Shown piece by piece: positions 8,777-18,593 of a stretch of DNA of 64,000 bases. The notes under the pieces are model-generated. The model was not told the origin of the DNA. It was given only the letters and a program-made list of their open reading frames with translations, and made no database searches. Location: NCBI GenBank assembly GCA_963817525.1, contig CAWFOU010000001.1, positions 544,001-608,000 of the forward strand, read 5' to 3'. Made by a program: the position numbers and the translations under genes. Source of the DNA: an uncultured archaeon (GTDB lineage Archaea > Thermoproteota > Nitrososphaeria > Nitrososphaerales > Gagatemarchaeaceae). Every line of letters starts with the position of its first letter. Positions within the stretch are counted from its first letter, which is position 1.

Positions 8777-9385
8777 CTAGCCCGTTCTGCCTGCGGAGAC
8801 GGAGAAGACGTTGGTTGCGCCAGTGCTGCTTACGACCTTGACGGTGTGGCTGGTGCCCGCGACGGGGGCCCCGCCGGAGCTGAATGTGATCACGATCTGC
8901 CCGGTGGTCCCGGCCGCGTAGGTCAGGTTGGTGGTCGCAGCGCTGAAGCAGAACTGCCCTGTCCCTCCGTTGACGCTGCTACAAGTAGTGGTATAATCAA
9001 GGAGCTCCGTAAGCGTTGGAGCCGTGTACACAAAGTCGTTCGCCGCGCTGAGGGTTATAGCGCCAGTGGTTTGGGTGGTAAGGGTCAGGAGGGTCCCATC
9101 GAAGTATATCGCGCTGATCGTCGAGGACGACGAGGCTGAGTTAAGAAGGAATATCTGCAGAATCTGCCCCGAGCACGTGCAGGATCCGCCCGTAGATGGG
9201 CTGGCGGCGAAGTTGTAGCCTTGCATCTGGAGCCTCTCGGTGGTCTGTTGCCCACCGCCTTGGGTCAGGCCGCCTGCGAGGCTGTTCACGAATACGTATA
9301 CTATTATGCTCGCGGCAACGGCGATAGCGATCAGTAGCAGGGTCGCAATGATGGGTGAGATTGCCCCGCGCTTTTGGAACTTCAT
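8777..9385 (-). CDS. Archaeal type IV pilin (long variant)
   Basis: MKFQKRGA|ISPIIATLLLIAIAVAAS; ends SAGRTG. Confidence 0.9.
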   Translation of the reverse strand: MKFQKRGAISPIIATLLLIAIAVAASIIVYVFVNSLAGGLTQGGGQQTTERLQMQGYNFAASPSTGGSCTCSGQILQIFLLNSASSSSTISAIYFDGTLLTLTTQTTGAITLSAANDFVYTAPTLTELLDYTTTCSSVNGGTGQFCFSAATTNLTYAAGTTGQIVITFSSGGAPVAGTSHTVKVVSSTGATNVFSVSAGRTG

Positions 9386-9389
9386 TTGT

Positions 9390-9869
9390 CTAGCCTGACC
9401 TCCCTGCTATCAATGTGAACGTGAAGGTTCCTCCATCCGATGTCACGACTCGAATCAGGTTTGCCGTCCCGCTAACCGCGGCTGTGGGTAACGTGAGTGT
9501 GAGCTGGGTGTATTGACCCGCCATGCAGGTCGAAGTGGCGCCAGTCGTGCACGTCCCTGAAGCGAAGGCCGGAACATTGCAGAGTGTGCCGGTGGCGGTT
9601 TGGCACAGATTTCCGTTGTAGTAGATGTAGCTGATGACAACCGAGGAGCTCCCCACGTTACGCAGCACCATTATTGGCTGAGTCAAGGTCGAAAAAGTGT
9701 ATGCGTCCATGGAGACCTGGTCAGCCACCTGCTGCCCACCCTGCTGGGTGAGGTTCCCCGTGAGACTGTTGACGAAGACGTAGACGATTATGCTGGCCGC
9801 GACCGCTATTGCGATCAAGAGGAGCGTCGCAATGATGGGCGAGACTGCCCTTCGTCTCGTGAATCGCAT
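9390..9869 (-). CDS. Archaeal type IV pilin (short variant)
   Basis: MRFTRRRA|VSPIIATLLLIAIAVAAS; TTATATA at about 9893-9899. Confidence 0.9.
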   Translation of the reverse strand: MRFTRRRAVSPIIATLLLIAIAVAASIIVYVFVNSLTGNLTQQGGQQVADQVSMDAYTFSTLTQPIMVLRNVGSSSVVISYIYYNGNLCQTATGTLCNVPAFASGTCTTGATSTCMAGQYTQLTLTLPTAAVSGTANLIRVVTSDGGTFTFTLIAGRSG

Positions 9870-9981
9870 AGGGTGAAGTGAGCGTTTCAGAATATATAAT
9901 GGACCGGAACAACTTGTTCGGCTCCTTGCTCAGTTTACCCACGGGACAACGCGGTCGAGGCCTTCGCCGATGCCAGTCCGC

Positions 9982-10542
9982 TCAGCCGCTTATCCCAGCC
10001 TCGACTGTAAAGAGGTTCTGCGCACCCGTGGTGCTCACCACCTTGATGGTGTGCCCCGACCCATAAGTCGCGGCCGCGGTGAACGTTATGACCAGCTGAC
10101 CGACGCTCGTGACAGTGTAGGTGCTGAACTGAGTGTTTGCAGAGAAGTAGATGTCTCCCGCCACCGTCGACTCGAGGATGCTCGACGACGGCACCACGTA
10201 GAACGCGTCGTTGACTAGCGCGGTGTTGGCCGTGGGCGGCGTGGTCAGCGTCAGCAGCACGCCGTCGAAGTAGACGGCGCTGATCGTGGTCGTGGCAGGC
10301 CCTGGGTTGAGGAGGAACGTTTCGAGCACCTCCTGGGAGCACCCGCAGCTCCCCGGGCTGATCTGGAAGTTGAACGACTGGATGTTCAGCTTCTCATTGA
10401 CCGACTGGCCCCCGACTCGGGTCAGGTTGCCGGCGAGCCCGCCTACGAAGACGTAGAGGATCACGGCCGCGCTCACGGTTATCGCGATCAGGAGCAGCGT
10501 CGCTATGATGACCGAGACACCCCGCCTCCTCTGGAACTTCAT
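9982..10542 (-). CDS. Archaeal type IV pilin
   Basis: MKFQRRRG|VSVIIATLLLIAITVSAA; GSCGCSQ loop resembles the SCTCSGQ loop of 8777-9385. Confidence 0.9.
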   Translation of the reverse strand: MKFQRRRGVSVIIATLLLIAITVSAAVILYVFVGGLAGNLTRVGGQSVNEKLNIQSFNFQISPGSCGCSQEVLETFLLNPGPATTTISAVYFDGVLLTLTTPPTANTALVNDAFYVVPSSSILESTVAGDIYFSANTQFSTYTVTSVGQLVITFTAAATYGSGHTIKVVSTTGAQNLFTVEAGISG

Positions 10543-10599
10543 GGCCGGGAAGCTCCGCCTTGGGTCGTCCTCAAGATAAAACGCATAGCGACTACCAAC

Positions 10600-13500
10600 C
10601 TAGACGGCCTCGGTGACCTGAAGCTGCGGAAGTGAGTTTGCGCCGGTCGTGACGGAGTTGGTGCACTCAAAGTCGAACCAGTACTCCGTGGCGTGGCTCA
10701 GGGCAATGGTCACGGTGACTGTCTCTTGGATGGAGCCCGCCACCGCTGCCGTGTTCGTGTATGTGTAGGCGTTGCCCACAAGCGTCAGGGTGACTCCAGA
10801 GGCTAGCGCGGTGCAGGCCGGGTTCGCCGTCCCATCCGTCACTTTGCCGTAGGCCAGCTGCCACGCATAGGTGCTGCCGGCCGTGGCAGCCGTCGTGGTC
10901 TCAATCGACATGGTCAGGCTGACCACTCCCGTCCCGTAGCTCGTCGTCAGGTACTCCATGGGCGGGTTGGCTGTGGTGGGAATCACGGCCATGCCCCCCA
11001 TGCGGGCGCTGGTCGCCGTGCCTATCGTGCAAGCGGGAGCGTTGCCCGTCAGTTGGATGAGGTTGTTGTGCAGGGTGGTCGCGGGCTGGACGTCGGTGAT
11101 GGTAAGTTCTGGCACGCTGTAGGTTGCCGTGAAGGCGGCCCCTGTGTTCGTCACCTGAAGGTCGAACCAGTAGGTGTGCCCCGGCGTGAGCCCCGTTATC
11201 ACGAACTGGAGCTCTTGGGCCTCGGAATAGGCGGTGGCGGAGACGGCCTTGGTGGTGTACAACTGCATGTTGGTCGTGGTCCCGGCGGCCGCCGCGGCGC
11301 ACGCCGGCATGGCTGTGACCGAGACGTCCGCGTACGCCAGCTTCCACGCCGACGTGTCGCCGGCCGCGATTGTCCCTGAGGCAAGCACGTTGAAGGCCAG
11401 CGTTCCGTGAATCGTGCCGGTGCTGCTCGAGGTCAGGGTGTAGAGCTCCCTGAGCCCGGCCATCGAGGTCGCCGCGGCGGTCGTGGCGCAGCCCGCGGTC
11501 TGGGCGGAGAGAGGATAGACGGTGTTGTCGGGGATGCCAGACACCGTGTTCGGCTCCTCCGCCACGGACAGCGTCGGGGCCGAGGCGATCCACTGGTTTG
11601 CTGAGGAGTCGGTGAACTCGATGTCGAACCAGTACGTCGTGGAGGGAGACAGCCCGTCAAGGACGATAGCGCCGCTCTGCTCGAGCGACATCACCGCCGC
11701 GGCCTCGCTCTCAACCGTGTACTGCTTGCCGACCAGGGTCCCGGCGGCCGCGGCGTTGCAGGCGGGTGCGGTTCCCGTCCCGTAGGCTATCTGCCATTTG
11801 TCTGTGACCGCGCTCGTCGCTGGGGACTGGAGGCCGAAGGCGAGCGAGACCCTCAAGTTGCCGGAGCCGATCGAGGATGACATGGTGGTGTAAGTGACGC
11901 CTAGCCCGGCCATGAGCGCCGATGCCGCGGCGGTGTGCGTGCATGTGTTGGTGTTGTCCTGCTCCGCCACGTTCGGAAGCGAATTGGTCGAGGACTGGAC
12001 GTCGGTGACCGAAAGCGCCTGGTTGGAGTAGATCCAGGTGGCCGCCGTGCTGTCAGTGACCTGGACGTCGAACCAGTAAGTGGTGCTCGGCGAGAGCCCC
12101 GAGACGGCCACCGCGATCGTCTGCCCCCAGCTCCCGGCCGCGGCGACCTGCGTTTCGATGGTGTAGGGCTGCCCTATCGTGGTGCCCAGCCCGGTCGTCG
12201 CGGCGCAGGCGGGGGCTGTCCCCGTCCCGTACATGAACTGCCACTTGCTGGTTAGGGCGGTGGTGGCCGGAGACGCGACGTTGAAGGTCAGGTCTACTTC
12301 CAGATTCCCCGACGACCCTGACGTGGTGGTGTACGTCAGAGGCGTGGTGAAGCCCGCGCTGGTCGTCGCCGAGGAGACGCTGCAGGTGTTGGCGCTGGAC
12401 TGGTAGCTGAGCACAGGGGAGGCGTTCGCAGGAACGCTTGAGCACGTCTCGGCGGGAGATATCTGGGAGAGGAAGGAGCCCGCGGAGCAGGAGGTCGACG
12501 ACGTGCCGGGGAGGGAGGTGAGGCTGAGCTGGGCGGTCACCCCGGTGTCAGTCGAGACCGTCACCAGGTACGTGGTGCTAGCGGCCCAAACAAAGCGGAC
12601 CGGGATCGCGTCGGTCGCTCCCTGGCCGACGTAGTAGTCGAATTCCTCCGTCGAGTTGTAGTAGTAGTGCGCGACCAGGGAGTTGGACGACGGGTTGTAT
12701 ACGTACAGGTCGACCAGATGGACGGCGAACGGGCTGCTATTGGTCACCGTGAAGCTCGAAAGCGCCGCGAACCTCACGTTGTAGGGGCTAGCATTCACCC
12801 AGGTCACCGCGAAGGCGCCCGAGGCGGGCGCGAGGCCGTTTATCGCAGTCTCGGAGGAGTCGAGGAGCATCGCGCTGCTCCAGATGGATCCCAGCGTCGC
12901 CGAGGAGTAGTACTGTATGCACGTGTCGCCCGCAGGACACGTGTCTATGCCGGCGGGCGGCGTGTCGAAGAGGACCAAAGTGGAATCCTCATAGGTGAGG
13001 GCGGCCTGCCATGCGATAGCCCCCAGGCCGATGGCCTCTATGACCGTCTGCGCCGAGGGGGTGGCCGCGGCCATCGACGTGAAGGGGAGCGACCAAAAGT
13101 CCAGGCTGCCAGTCGTCGCCCCCACCGTCCCGGTGAGCCCCGCGAAGTAGAAGGTCGTGCCTATCACGGCCCCCGAGGAGGCGGTGAGCGAGTAGGCGCT
13201 GATCCCGGTGAGGGTGATGGTGTTCCAAGTGGTGCTCGCGAGCGAGGTCTGCGTCACCAGCCCCAGGGTGCCGACCGTCCCCGCAGTGGCAGACCCGTAT
13301 TCATACAGAAGAATGACGCCTGTCGTGCTGTAGGAGCTGATGGCTGGAATGATTATCGTGTGGGTGTTGACGGAGAGCGTGCCCAGCGCGGTCGGCGCGT
13401 AGTTGGTCGGGCCGGTCGTGCTCGTGCATGTGTTAGGCTCCCACCCCGAAGTCGAGGACGTCGCGCAGGCCTGGTGCTCATAGATACCGATCGCGCAGTT

Positions 13501-14187
13501 CGTCGTCGTCGTGCACGTCCCTTGGACGAGGGCAATCCACTGGTCCCCCGCGTCGTCTATTGCCATGTTGATGGGGCCGAGGGCGTTCGTCGTCCCTGCC
13601 ACCACCGTCGCGGGGGCATCGGTCCATGTTATTGTGCCTGCAGGGCTCGAGTCCGTCCCCCCCGCCGCGAGCGTGCCGGCTCCAAGCTGGAAGTCCGGCG
13701 ACCCCACCTTGGCGATAGCAAGGTAGAACGCGGTGCCCACCACCTCGACGTCGAAGTACGGCCCGACCGTATATCCCGAGGTTATCAGGTTGGGTATCGA
13801 GGTCTCGGCTGACCAGGTCACGCCATCGTAGGAGGTCGAGTACTGGAAGGCGCCGTTGCACGTGTAAAAGTCCCACCACATGTCCGCGGCGTAGAAGGTC
13901 TTCTCCCTGTTGGTGGGAGAGGTCGACGTCGACAAGCACGCCGTGGCGACGTTGAAGCTGGACGTCGAGGATGGTGGGAATGCTCCGAACTGCCCGTTGG
14001 AGACCGAGAGCTGGGTGTCCTGGGCGGCCACCTGCGCGCTGCCCGCCTGTGAGACCTGGGTATTGTAGGAGGTGAAGGAGTTGAATATCGTCACAAGGGA
14101 GCCTATGGCCACGATCATTATCAGGATGAAAAATATCGAGCCCACTATGGAAGAGACTCCGGTCCTCCGCCTGGAGACGAAGCGCAA
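10600..14187 (-). CDS. Very large minor pilin / putative tip adhesin (about 1195 aa) with four C-terminal repeats
   Basis: RRRTG|VSSIVGSIFFILIM class III-like signal; BNR-like SYDGVTW; four repeats with W-x3-Y...PAC...YWFD. TTG start just downstream of the previous gene's stop. Confidence 0.8.
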   Translation of the reverse strand: MRFVSRRRTGVSSIVGSIFFILIMIVAIGSLVTIFNSFTSYNTQVSQAGSAQVAAQDTQLSVSNGQFGAFPPSSTSSFNVATACLSTSTSPTNREKTFYAADMWWDFYTCNGAFQYSTSYDGVTWSAETSIPNLITSGYTVGPYFDVEVVGTAFYLAIAKVGSPDFQLGAGTLAAGGTDSSPAGTITWTDAPATVVAGTTNALGPINMAIDDAGDQWIALVQGTCTTTTNCAIGIYEHQACATSSTSGWEPNTCTSTTGPTNYAPTALGTLSVNTHTIIIPAISSYSTTGVILLYEYGSATAGTVGTLGLVTQTSLASTTWNTITLTGISAYSLTASSGAVIGTTFYFAGLTGTVGATTGSLDFWSLPFTSMAAATPSAQTVIEAIGLGAIAWQAALTYEDSTLVLFDTPPAGIDTCPAGDTCIQYYSSATLGSIWSSAMLLDSSETAINGLAPASGAFAVTWVNASPYNVRFAALSSFTVTNSSPFAVHLVDLYVYNPSSNSLVAHYYYNSTEEFDYYVGQGATDAIPVRFVWAASTTYLVTVSTDTGVTAQLSLTSLPGTSSTSCSAGSFLSQISPAETCSSVPANASPVLSYQSSANTCSVSSATTSAGFTTPLTYTTTSGSSGNLEVDLTFNVASPATTALTSKWQFMYGTGTAPACAATTGLGTTIGQPYTIETQVAAAGSWGQTIAVAVSGLSPSTTYWFDVQVTDSTAATWIYSNQALSVTDVQSSTNSLPNVAEQDNTNTCTHTAAASALMAGLGVTYTTMSSSIGSGNLRVSLAFGLQSPATSAVTDKWQIAYGTGTAPACNAAAAGTLVGKQYTVESEAAAVMSLEQSGAIVLDGLSPSTTYWFDIEFTDSSANQWIASAPTLSVAEEPNTVSGIPDNTVYPLSAQTAGCATTAAATSMAGLRELYTLTSSSTGTIHGTLAFNVLASGTIAAGDTSAWKLAYADVSVTAMPACAAAAAGTTTNMQLYTTKAVSATAYSEAQELQFVITGLTPGHTYWFDLQVTNTGAAFTATYSVPELTITDVQPATTLHNNLIQLTGNAPACTIGTATSARMGGMAVIPTTANPPMEYLTTSYGTGVVSLTMSIETTTAATAGSTYAWQLAYGKVTDGTANPACTALASGVTLTLVGNAYTYTNTAAVAGSIQETVTVTIALSHATEYWFDFECTNSVTTGANSLPQLQVTEAV

Positions 14188-14188
14188 G

Positions 14189-14650
14189 CTATAGCGCCTC
14201 CGCGTCGTACACGACGCTGTTCCCAAGGGAAGAGCTCACGGTGAAGGAGTAGGTTTGGTAGAGCACGGGCGTGAAGCTGAGGGTGGCGTGGGGGATGTCG
14301 ACGAAAGTGCCCACGTCCACGGTGTCGCTGATCGTAAACTGCGATACGAAGGCGTCAGTGGTCGTGTCGGTGATATAGACCGAGACGAGCGTCGTCTGAA
14401 TGCCACCCACGTTCCTCACGTAGACGTCGGCGCCCTCCGTGCCCGACGTGGTGAACGTCACCTGCTCTACCAAGAACTTCTCCGAGGCAGCCTTCGTGTC
14501 GCCCGTCTTTGCGTTCGCGTAGTTCTCGCTCAGGCTCTTCATACCTCCGCTCGCGAAGGCATAGACCAGAGCCCCCAAGGTCACAACTATCGCCAGCATC
14601 AGTAGCATCCCGACTACCTCGCTTACGCCCCGCCGCCTTTGGAGTCTCAT
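14189..14650 (-). CDS. Minor type IV pilin
   Basis: MRLQRRRG|VSEVVGMLLMLAIVV; EQVTF...GADVYVRN...SSLGNS. Confidence 0.88.
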   Translation of the reverse strand: MRLQRRRGVSEVVGMLLMLAIVVTLGALVYAFASGGMKSLSENYANAKTGDTKAASEKFLVEQVTFTTSGTEGADVYVRNVGGIQTTLVSVYITDTTTDAFVSQFTISDTVDVGTFVDIPHATLSFTPVLYQTYSFTVSSSLGNSVVYDAEAL

Positions 14651-14653
14651 CTG

Positions 14654-16192
14654 CTACGGAGCCACCTCGATGTAGGTCGCGCTGTTCCCCAAGGAGGAGG
14701 TCACCTTGAAGAAGTAGGCCTCGCCGGCCGTTGGGCTGAAGTCGAGGCCCGTGTAGGTCAGGTGGGAGATGTCCACCAACGCGCCCGCGCTCACGGTGGA
14801 GCTGATCGGCACCTGCCCGACGAGGGCTCCTGTGGACTCGTCGACTATGAAGACCGAGACGAGGTTCGACGACAGGGTCCCCGTGTTCCTGACATAGAGG
14901 TCAGCCCCGGGGCTCGAGGAAGACGGGGTTCCCGGGGTCACCGTGGGCATGACCCCAGCCGGGGGGTAGTATCGCGCCCGCATGAAGTTGTACTCTACGT
15001 TGACCGCTGCAAGCCCTCCGATTGAGCCCATGTAGAGGTCGGTCGCCGCGCTCAGGGGGTTGGCGACCGTCTCGGTCCCGGAATAGCCCGTGGCGGCGGT
15101 CTGTCCCGGGACGCCGTAGAGCGCGGGCGTCGTCTGCGCGTAGAATGAGGCCTCGCCGGCTCCGGTGTAGGTCAGGCTGCTGTATAGCCAGGTCGCCGCT
15201 GCTGGCGCCGCCCCGGCGCCGTTTAGAGGGATGTTGATCGCGCTGGCGATGTCCGTGCCCTGGTAGAAGTAATCACCACCGTCGCCCATACCGACGCTTA
15301 TCCCGTTTGTGATGCTGTTTGCGGTCGCGGAGTTCACGAGCCCGGTGGTCCCAGTCGCGTCCCCCGTGTCCGCCGCGAGCGCGAAGCTGGTCTCGACTAT
15401 CAAGCCCGTGTTGCTGAGGGCGGTGTCGAACGAAAAGCTGGGGTCGTGGGCCGCGGTGTTTCCGGTGATTTGGATCGCGTTGATGGTCGTTGCTCCGGGA
15501 CCCGTGACGCTCGCCGCCTGTCCGAGGGCGAGGCCGGTGAACACGGTGAAGTCTGAGGTGGGGGTGTTCCCGTCGAAGTAGGCCGCGAAGACGTTCGCCC
15601 CGTTGTCATACTCGGCGTAGATCGGGCTCAGCTGGGGCGCCTCTCCCCAGTAGTCGCCGTCGAATGTGGTGCTCGTGGATTCGAAGACCATGTATATGGT
15701 GAGAGTGCCGCCGTTGGCAGCCACCGTCAGCGACCCCAGGTCGACCCACGCCGTGGCGGAGGTGGAGGTGGACCCTCCCGTGCTGCACGTACCGGAGCAG
15801 GACTCTAGCCATGCAAAGAGCTCCGTAGCGCAGCTCGAGGACGAGCAGAACCGGATGTTGCCCAGGTTCGTCGCTTCGTAGGTTGAGTAGGTGGCTGGGT
15901 CCCAGGTTATCATCTGTTGGAAGGACGCCGGGGTCGCCGAGGTCTGGCTGTTTGCGAGCGTGATCGGCAGTGCCTCCAGCCCCGAGCCCTCGAACGCGAC
16001 CTGCTCCACCACGAAGTCCTCCGCGGCCGAGTTCCCCTGGCCCGATACGAGGCCTGCGGCCCCCTGGGCAAACGCGGTGAAGCTGCCGCTCGCGAACGCA
16101 TACGCGAGCACACCCATGCCTACGACTATCGCGACAAGGAGGAGGGCTGTGACAATCTCGTCGATGCCTCGCCTCTTTCGGAAGAGCGCCAT
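14654..16192 (-). CDS. Minor type IV pilin with inserted DUF2341-like domain
   Basis: MALFRKRRG|IDEIVTALLLVAIVV; PITLANSQ..FQQMI..NIRF..AWLES..GEAPQLS..YDNG resembles DUF2341. Confidence 0.82.
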   Translation of the reverse strand: MALFRKRRGIDEIVTALLLVAIVVGMGVLAYAFASGSFTAFAQGAAGLVSGQGNSAAEDFVVEQVAFEGSGLEALPITLANSQTSATPASFQQMITWDPATYSTYEATNLGNIRFCSSSSCATELFAWLESCSGTCSTGGSTSTSATAWVDLGSLTVAANGGTLTIYMVFESTSTTFDGDYWGEAPQLSPIYAEYDNGANVFAAYFDGNTPTSDFTVFTGLALGQAASVTGPGATTINAIQITGNTAAHDPSFSFDTALSNTGLIVETSFALAADTGDATGTTGLVNSATANSITNGISVGMGDGGDYFYQGTDIASAINIPLNGAGAAPAAATWLYSSLTYTGAGEASFYAQTTPALYGVPGQTAATGYSGTETVANPLSAATDLYMGSIGGLAAVNVEYNFMRARYYPPAGVMPTVTPGTPSSSSPGADLYVRNTGTLSSNLVSVFIVDESTGALVGQVPISSTVSAGALVDISHLTYTGLDFSPTAGEAYFFKVTSSLGNSATYIEVAP

Positions 16193-16194
16193 CG

Positions 16195-16701
16195 CTAGGT
16201 CGCCTCCGCGTCGAAGGTGACGCTGTTGCCAAGAATCGAAGTGACGGAGATCAGGTAGGTGTTGCCGTGGCTGGGGGTGAAGGTGAGGGTGGTGTAGGGG
16301 ATCTCCACTACGGCGCCCGCGTTCAGAGTGGTGCTTATGGCGACCTGTGTGACGAAGCTGTTGGTGGATTCGTCCACGATATATACGTCGGCGAGCGTCG
16401 AGGAGATGGCCCCCACGTTCCTCACGTAGACGTTGGCGCCCGTCCCGCTGCTGCACCCTGTCTGTGCGGTCGATTCGCAAAACGTCACCTGCTCGATGAC
16501 AAAGTGCTCCGCGGCGGCGTTTCCCTTGTTTGAGATGAGACCGGTGAAGCCCCCGGTAAGCGAGGTGATGGCTCCACTGGCGAACGTGAAGACTACGACG
16601 CCGAGCGATACCACGATCGCCACAAGGAGGAGCGTAGAGACTATTTCGCTCACAGCCCTGCGCTCCCGGCGTTTGCCTCGATTACTGGTCCTCATTCTCA
16701 T
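16195..16701 (-). CDS. Minor type IV pilin
   Basis: RRERRA|VSEIVSTLLLVAIVV; paralogue of 14189-14650. Confidence 0.88.
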   Translation of the reverse strand: MRMRTSNRGKRRERRAVSEIVSTLLLVAIVVSLGVVVFTFASGAITSLTGGFTGLISNKGNAAAEHFVIEQVTFCESTAQTGCSSGTGANVYVRNVGAISSTLADVYIVDESTNSFVTQVAISTTLNAGAVVEIPYTTLTFTPSHGNTYLISVTSILGNSVTFDAEAT

Positions 16702-16713
16702 CCCGCCTCCCAC

Positions 16714-17715
16714 CTACGGCGCGCTGACCTTGCCCGACGACTCGAGCAGCGCCTTTACCTTCTGGACCGCCCCGGAGCCGTCCGAGTCCTCCACCAGGGT
16801 GATCCCGTATCCCGCGTTGATCTGCTTGGCGGCCTCCGAGGCGGAAGGTATGGTGATGAGTATCGAGAGCTTGGGCCTCAGGTCGTATGTCTTCGCGAAG
16901 AACGAGATGACCGCGCTTGGCTCCACAGGCCCGGCGTCCACGGCTATCTGGATCGCCACGTCTCCGTCCTGTCCGCTGGCGTCTATGGGCTTCTTGGCGT
17001 AGACGTCGAGGGTGTGGTTGGTCCCGGAACGCCCCTGGAGCGTCGCGGGGGAGGTGACGGAGTAGCCGGAATGAGCGAGGAGTTCGACCAGCGCGGGCGC
17101 GAGGATGAGGGTGTTCTTGAGCTGCGCCACCACCGACTCCTCGACCGCGAACGTGTAGGCCGCCGCAAGGAGTATGTCCGAGGTGCTGAACTCGTGCCCG
17201 TCCCTGCACTTGAACACCACCTTGGGAAGGCTTGTCTTCGTGAGGCAGTTCTGGCATTCGAACCACACCCCGGAGGTCCTCATCTCGTCTGCCTTGCGTA
17301 TCGGGCGCTTGCAGTTGGGGCATACGAGATAGCCGTTCTTGTCGAACTTCGAGTCGGCGTCTATGTAGCCGCAGTATAGGTGCTCCACGAGGGTGGTCTT
17401 CCTCATCTTCCGCGCCTTGCACTTCAGGCACTCGAGCTGGATGAGAGGGTCGGCCCTGAGGTGGGCGGGGCAGGTCACGAAGTCCTTGTAGGTGGTCCTC
17501 TTGAGTATCCCGTCCGCGAGCATATGTTCGATCCAGACTTCCGTGGCCGCGGAGCCTCCGAGCACCTCCTCGGCGGCCATGTAGTGGAGCAGGCCGTCGG
17601 CGCCCACCTCGGGGGAGAGGGACTTGTCGTCTACGATGAGCCGTCTCAGGAGCTCCCTGGTCTTCGGGTCGCTCAGGAGCTTCTGCCTTTCGGACTTGTC
17701 GGACGATACTTGCAT
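16714..17715 (-). CDS. TackOD1-like multi-zinc-ribbon protein with C-terminal restriction-endonuclease-like domain
   Basis: CPAH, CLKC, EHLYCG, CPNC, GVWFECQNC and CRDGH series; then GRSGTNHTLDV. Confidence 0.72.
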   Translation of the reverse strand: MQVSSDKSERQKLLSDPKTRELLRRLIVDDKSLSPEVGADGLLHYMAAEEVLGGSAATEVWIEHMLADGILKRTTYKDFVTCPAHLRADPLIQLECLKCKARKMRKTTLVEHLYCGYIDADSKFDKNGYLVCPNCKRPIRKADEMRTSGVWFECQNCLTKTSLPKVVFKCRDGHEFSTSDILLAAAYTFAVEESVVAQLKNTLILAPALVELLAHSGYSVTSPATLQGRSGTNHTLDVYAKKPIDASGQDGDVAIQIAVDAGPVEPSAVISFFAKTYDLRPKLSILITIPSASEAAKQINAGYGITLVEDSDGSGAVQKVKALLESSGKVSAP

Positions 17716-17723
17716 CTATTGTC

Positions 17724-18587
17724 TCATCTCACGAAGATCGTGAAGACCACGATGTTCAGGACTGCGAGTATTATCACGTGCTTGAACCCGGCCGCGAACG
17801 AGGCCTCGCCGAGCTTGCCAGCCCCGAGCCCGCCGAAGACCGACTCCATGAGCCCCATCTGCAGGAAGGCCTGTTTCAGCGCGGGGAGGCTAAGGCCCCC
17901 AAGGCCCGCGAAGATGCTGACCCCCTGCCCCGCCTTGGCAGAGGACGCGAATATCTGTGCGAAAAAGGTGTCTATGAGCACCACGGAGATGGCGAGGAAT
18001 ATGCCCACCGCGATGTAGATGGTGGCGACGTAGGGCCGGAGGGCGTTCTTGGTCTCCTTCTCGATGTTGTGAAGCTCCATGGTGTGCTGCTGGATCGCGT
18101 CGAGGACGTCCTGCGTGTTCCCCCCCGACACGCTCGCCTGGGCGAGGGAGGCGAAGGTGCGCTTCGCAAGCTGCGAGTCCACCCGCTTCTCCTGGTTCTG
18201 CATCACCTGCTCGAAGGTGAGGCCCCACGAGAGCTGGACCTTGTCTATCCTCAACTGCTCCGTGAGAGGGCCGTAGTCCGTGTCCGCCGCGAGCTCCATC
18301 GCCCGCGTGATGTTGAACCCGCTCCTCACGCTGCCCGCCACGTCCGCGAGCATGTTGGGGATGTTGTCGTCTATCTTGGTCCGCCACCTGTTGTACGACC
18401 TCTCGGCGAGCCCCGGGAAGATGAAGCAGGCTATCGCGGCCAGGGTGGCCGTTGTGGCGAGCGGGAAGGGCAGAGGCACCTTCAACACCAGGTTGGTCAC
18501 GACGAGGATGGAGGCCGCCAGCGCGGAGCACGCGGCCGTGACCCCGTACATGAGCGGCCGCCTGTAGTGGAACTCGCGGAGCTTCAT
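17724..18587 (-). CDS. Type IV pilus platform protein (T2SS F / TadC / ArlJ-like)
   Basis: IDDNIPNMLADVAGSVRSG...YGPLT...SGG pattern with TM helices. Confidence 0.9.
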   Translation of the reverse strand: MKLREFHYRRPLMYGVTAACSALAASILVVTNLVLKVPLPFPLATTATLAAIACFIFPGLAERSYNRWRTKIDDNIPNMLADVAGSVRSGFNITRAMELAADTDYGPLTEQLRIDKVQLSWGLTFEQVMQNQEKRVDSQLAKRTFASLAQASVSGGNTQDVLDAIQQHTMELHNIEKETKNALRPYVATIYIAVGIFLAISVVLIDTFFAQIFASSAKAGQGVSIFAGLGGLSLPALKQAFLQMGLMESVFGGLGAGKLGEASFAAGFKHVIILAVLNIVVFTIFVR

Positions 18588-18593
18588 GCTCTC

